A stretch of DNA of 51,672 nt, counting the filler, from Porpidia crustulata (taxonomy: Eukaryota), in the NCBI GenBank assembly GCA_964255105.1. It is 2 parts of 2 records of this genome, joined end to end, with 100 filler letters (N's around TTAATTAATTAA, not from the genome) between each part and the next. Parts side by side here need not be neighbours in the genome. Positions count along the whole stretch, not along the records: positions 25,898 to 51,672 come from CAXUWE010000046.1; 1 more part is not named here. One strand, written 5' to 3'. The position numbers were made by a program, and so were the translations under genes. The notes under the pieces were generated by a model. The model was not told where the DNA came from. It saw nothing but the letters and a program-made list of their open reading frames with translations, and searched no databases. Positions 49,294 through 51,672 of the stretch are shown here, one piece after another. Numbering within the stretch: the first letter of the stretch is position 1; each line of letters begins with the position of its first letter.

Positions 49294-51125
49294 ATGGCTG
49301 CTATATCGCAAGGTGATGTTCAACCAGTTGTTGCCAAAGTGAAGATCTTGATCAATGCACAACTGAAGCAAGTCCTCAAGAAAGAAGGCCTTGCCGTCTC
49401 TGGAGTCAAAATTGCGATGCAGGAGCGTATAATTCGGCGTCAGTCTTCTTTTGCCGTTTTCCTCGATGTACTGCCTCAAAGTTTCAAACTTTTTCATGCC
49501 TTTCTTCGAAGTCATAGCCAAGACTAAGCTCCCTCACTGACTCTTCATCTACGATATATAGAAATCGAGCATCACACACGAAAGGGCGACCTAGCAGCTT
49601 TCAACCAATTGAGAGCAATAGTGAACGATCCGGACTCGTCAGCCACACCGTCTCCCGGAGCGCCGCGTACCAGTCAGGGAAATGCCCCTACCGCATCGAA
49701 CCATCACGGATATACTTCGTCTAACGGTCCAGCAAGACCCTCTGTATCCCCTGCCATGACCATGCCTCAACAAGGCTATGGATTGGGTACATTACGAAGC
49801 CAGTCCGATTTCATTATTTCGACTTCACTGACAGAATGACAGCTCGCCTGAACTTTAAGGAAAGTCCCTTTTACACGGTCTTGGAACATTTAACGCCCAT
49901 CATGGAAACGAAAGGTGTGTTCTTTTATAAGCTCTTGATTTTAACGCTTAATTTGACATGTGTGATTAATCAAGCATCAGTGCGAGAGTCTACAAGAGAT
50001 CAAGTGGATTGCAAAATTATTCTGAGAGCAGATCTGACGGACCAGCTTGTGAGGGACACAACGACGAGAGTCATGATATACTGCGCTTCAGATCCACTTT
50101 CGCCATTTTCGAAGGCTGACATTGCATTTCCATATCAAGTGGAAATCAAAGTTAACATGGACGAGATCAAGGCCAACCTTCGAGGACTCAAGAACAAGCC
50201 AGGTTCTACAAGACCTGCTGACATCACAGATCTGCTGCGTAAACGTGCTGGATATGAGAACACTGTGACAGTGACATACGCCCTCACGCAGAAAAGGTTT
50301 CATCTCATTGGAAACCTTGTCAGGCAGCATTCCGTCGAAGAACTTGTTGTCAAGCTGAGATCGGGAAAGAACATCTCCAAAGAGCAGGTGGTCCGTGAGA
50401 TGATCAGTAGGGTGCAAGATACCGATATCCAAGCAACATCTTCGATAATGTCGCTAAAATGCCCAATCTCTACGCTACGAATCGAAGTTCCTTGTCGTTC
50501 CACCGTATGTAGTCACAATCAATGCTTTGATGCTTCGTCATTCCTTCAACTCCAAGAGCAAGCGCCAACATGGACTTGCCCAGTGTGCTACAAAATTGTC
50601 AATTTCGAAGCACTCACAGTCGATCAGTATGTGAACGATATACTACAACAGACACCCAAGTCAATAGACCATGTCATGATTGAGCCAACCGGAAAATGGT
50701 TTCAGACATCAGATGACAACTCATTCTTGAGGTCCAATGACAGTCGTTCTAATACCGATGATGAGGATCTAATCGAGATCAAGGACATGCCCCGAATGAT
50801 GGCAGTCAAGAGCGAAGCAAATGACGTGTTGATGAGGACGCCGCCCACTTCATCTCGGGAACAGTCGACATCCTCCGCGGCCCCACCCTTAATAGGTGAG
50901 AAAAGATCAAGAGGACAGGTTATAGATCTTACGTTCAGCAGTGACGAAGATGATGAACCACCAAGAGCGCCCAAAAGGCAATCGACAATCACGTCAGCAG
51001 CTGCACTCCCTAGCCTTCCAAATTCGGAAACTGGACGTCCAAGACCACACGAAGTAAGCAACGGACCAAGATTTGCTCATAGTACCCCCCTCGGCCGGCA
51101 GAGCTACTACGCATATCCCTCCTAG
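49294..51125 (+). CDS. SIZ1: Siz/PIAS SUMO E3 ligase (SAP, PINIT, SP-RING), multi-exon
   Basis: SAP (LINAQLKQVLKKEGLAVSGVK..MQERI), FKESPFY, NLRGLKNKPGSTRPADIT, SLKCPIS..RI.VPCRSTVCSHNQCFDA..WTCPVC, and SIM VIDLTFSSDEDD. Confidence 0.93.
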
Positions 51126-51672
51126 CTAGTGATCGATCAGTACTAATTGAGTGCACTTCCTACTATCTCGCGTAACTGGGCTCGAGAGGGATCGGAGGCG
51201 TTTGGGGGATATCCTGGAAGATCTTCTTTGGAGTTTTTGCATCGGGAGTTGTGACGAATGACTGGCTATTGATGCCGGTCGCAATAGATACCCCTTTTTC
51301 AACGGACATACTCAAGTGCTTTGGTATTCTCACAAGAGCGCTCTGTAGTTTATCATAACTCACCCCGATATGTTATTAAGCACTTAATGTGAACTAGTGT
51401 GGTCCATTTTTGATAAATTCATGAAGATGTTTTTATCATATCGAGATATATATATATACACAATTGGTGGGTTTAGATATCTATGTCGATACAGGTTCGG
51501 CAAGCATTTCAACTTTGGACCGACCTCCCTCCTCTTCCAAGTACTTGTTCACTGATTGAAACCCAACGCAATTCTGAGTCTGGGTATCGCAATGCTGCAA
51601 CCTTTGTCGCCTATACTGTAAGGTACTTGCGGAGCAGCCACTCGGAAGTAGAAAACCGCACCACCCCCAATG

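Overview
Gene-dense DNA from a filamentous ascomycete (Pezizomycotina; short GT-AG introns with CTRAC/CTRAY branch points). About 20 intron-containing, mostly housekeeping genes: UBA1, an omega-class GST, a secreted aspartic protease, two related His/Val-rich stress proteins, POL32, RAD18, CHM7, TRS85, MSW1, RSM10, PNP1, FCF2, hapE, SEC15, mei2, RMP1, GPI7, a DUF2423-like gene and SIZ1. It also holds three copies of one LTR family and a 100-nt artificial scaffold gap. The main unexplained signal is a set of 85-140 bp inverted-repeat (MITE-like) elements carrying telomere repeats (CCCTAACCCT). Five of them sit about 70-140 bp upstream of housekeeping start codons, with the motif in the same orientation at about 130-190 bp. 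A sixth copy away from any start codon has a decayed motif. Other points: a head-to-head POL32/RAD18 pair, a hidden in-frame NLS extension of UBA1, a possible mitochondrial isoform of the GST, and MSW1 bracketed by direct LTR copies. All gene calls come from motif recognition by eye, and exon boundaries are manual.
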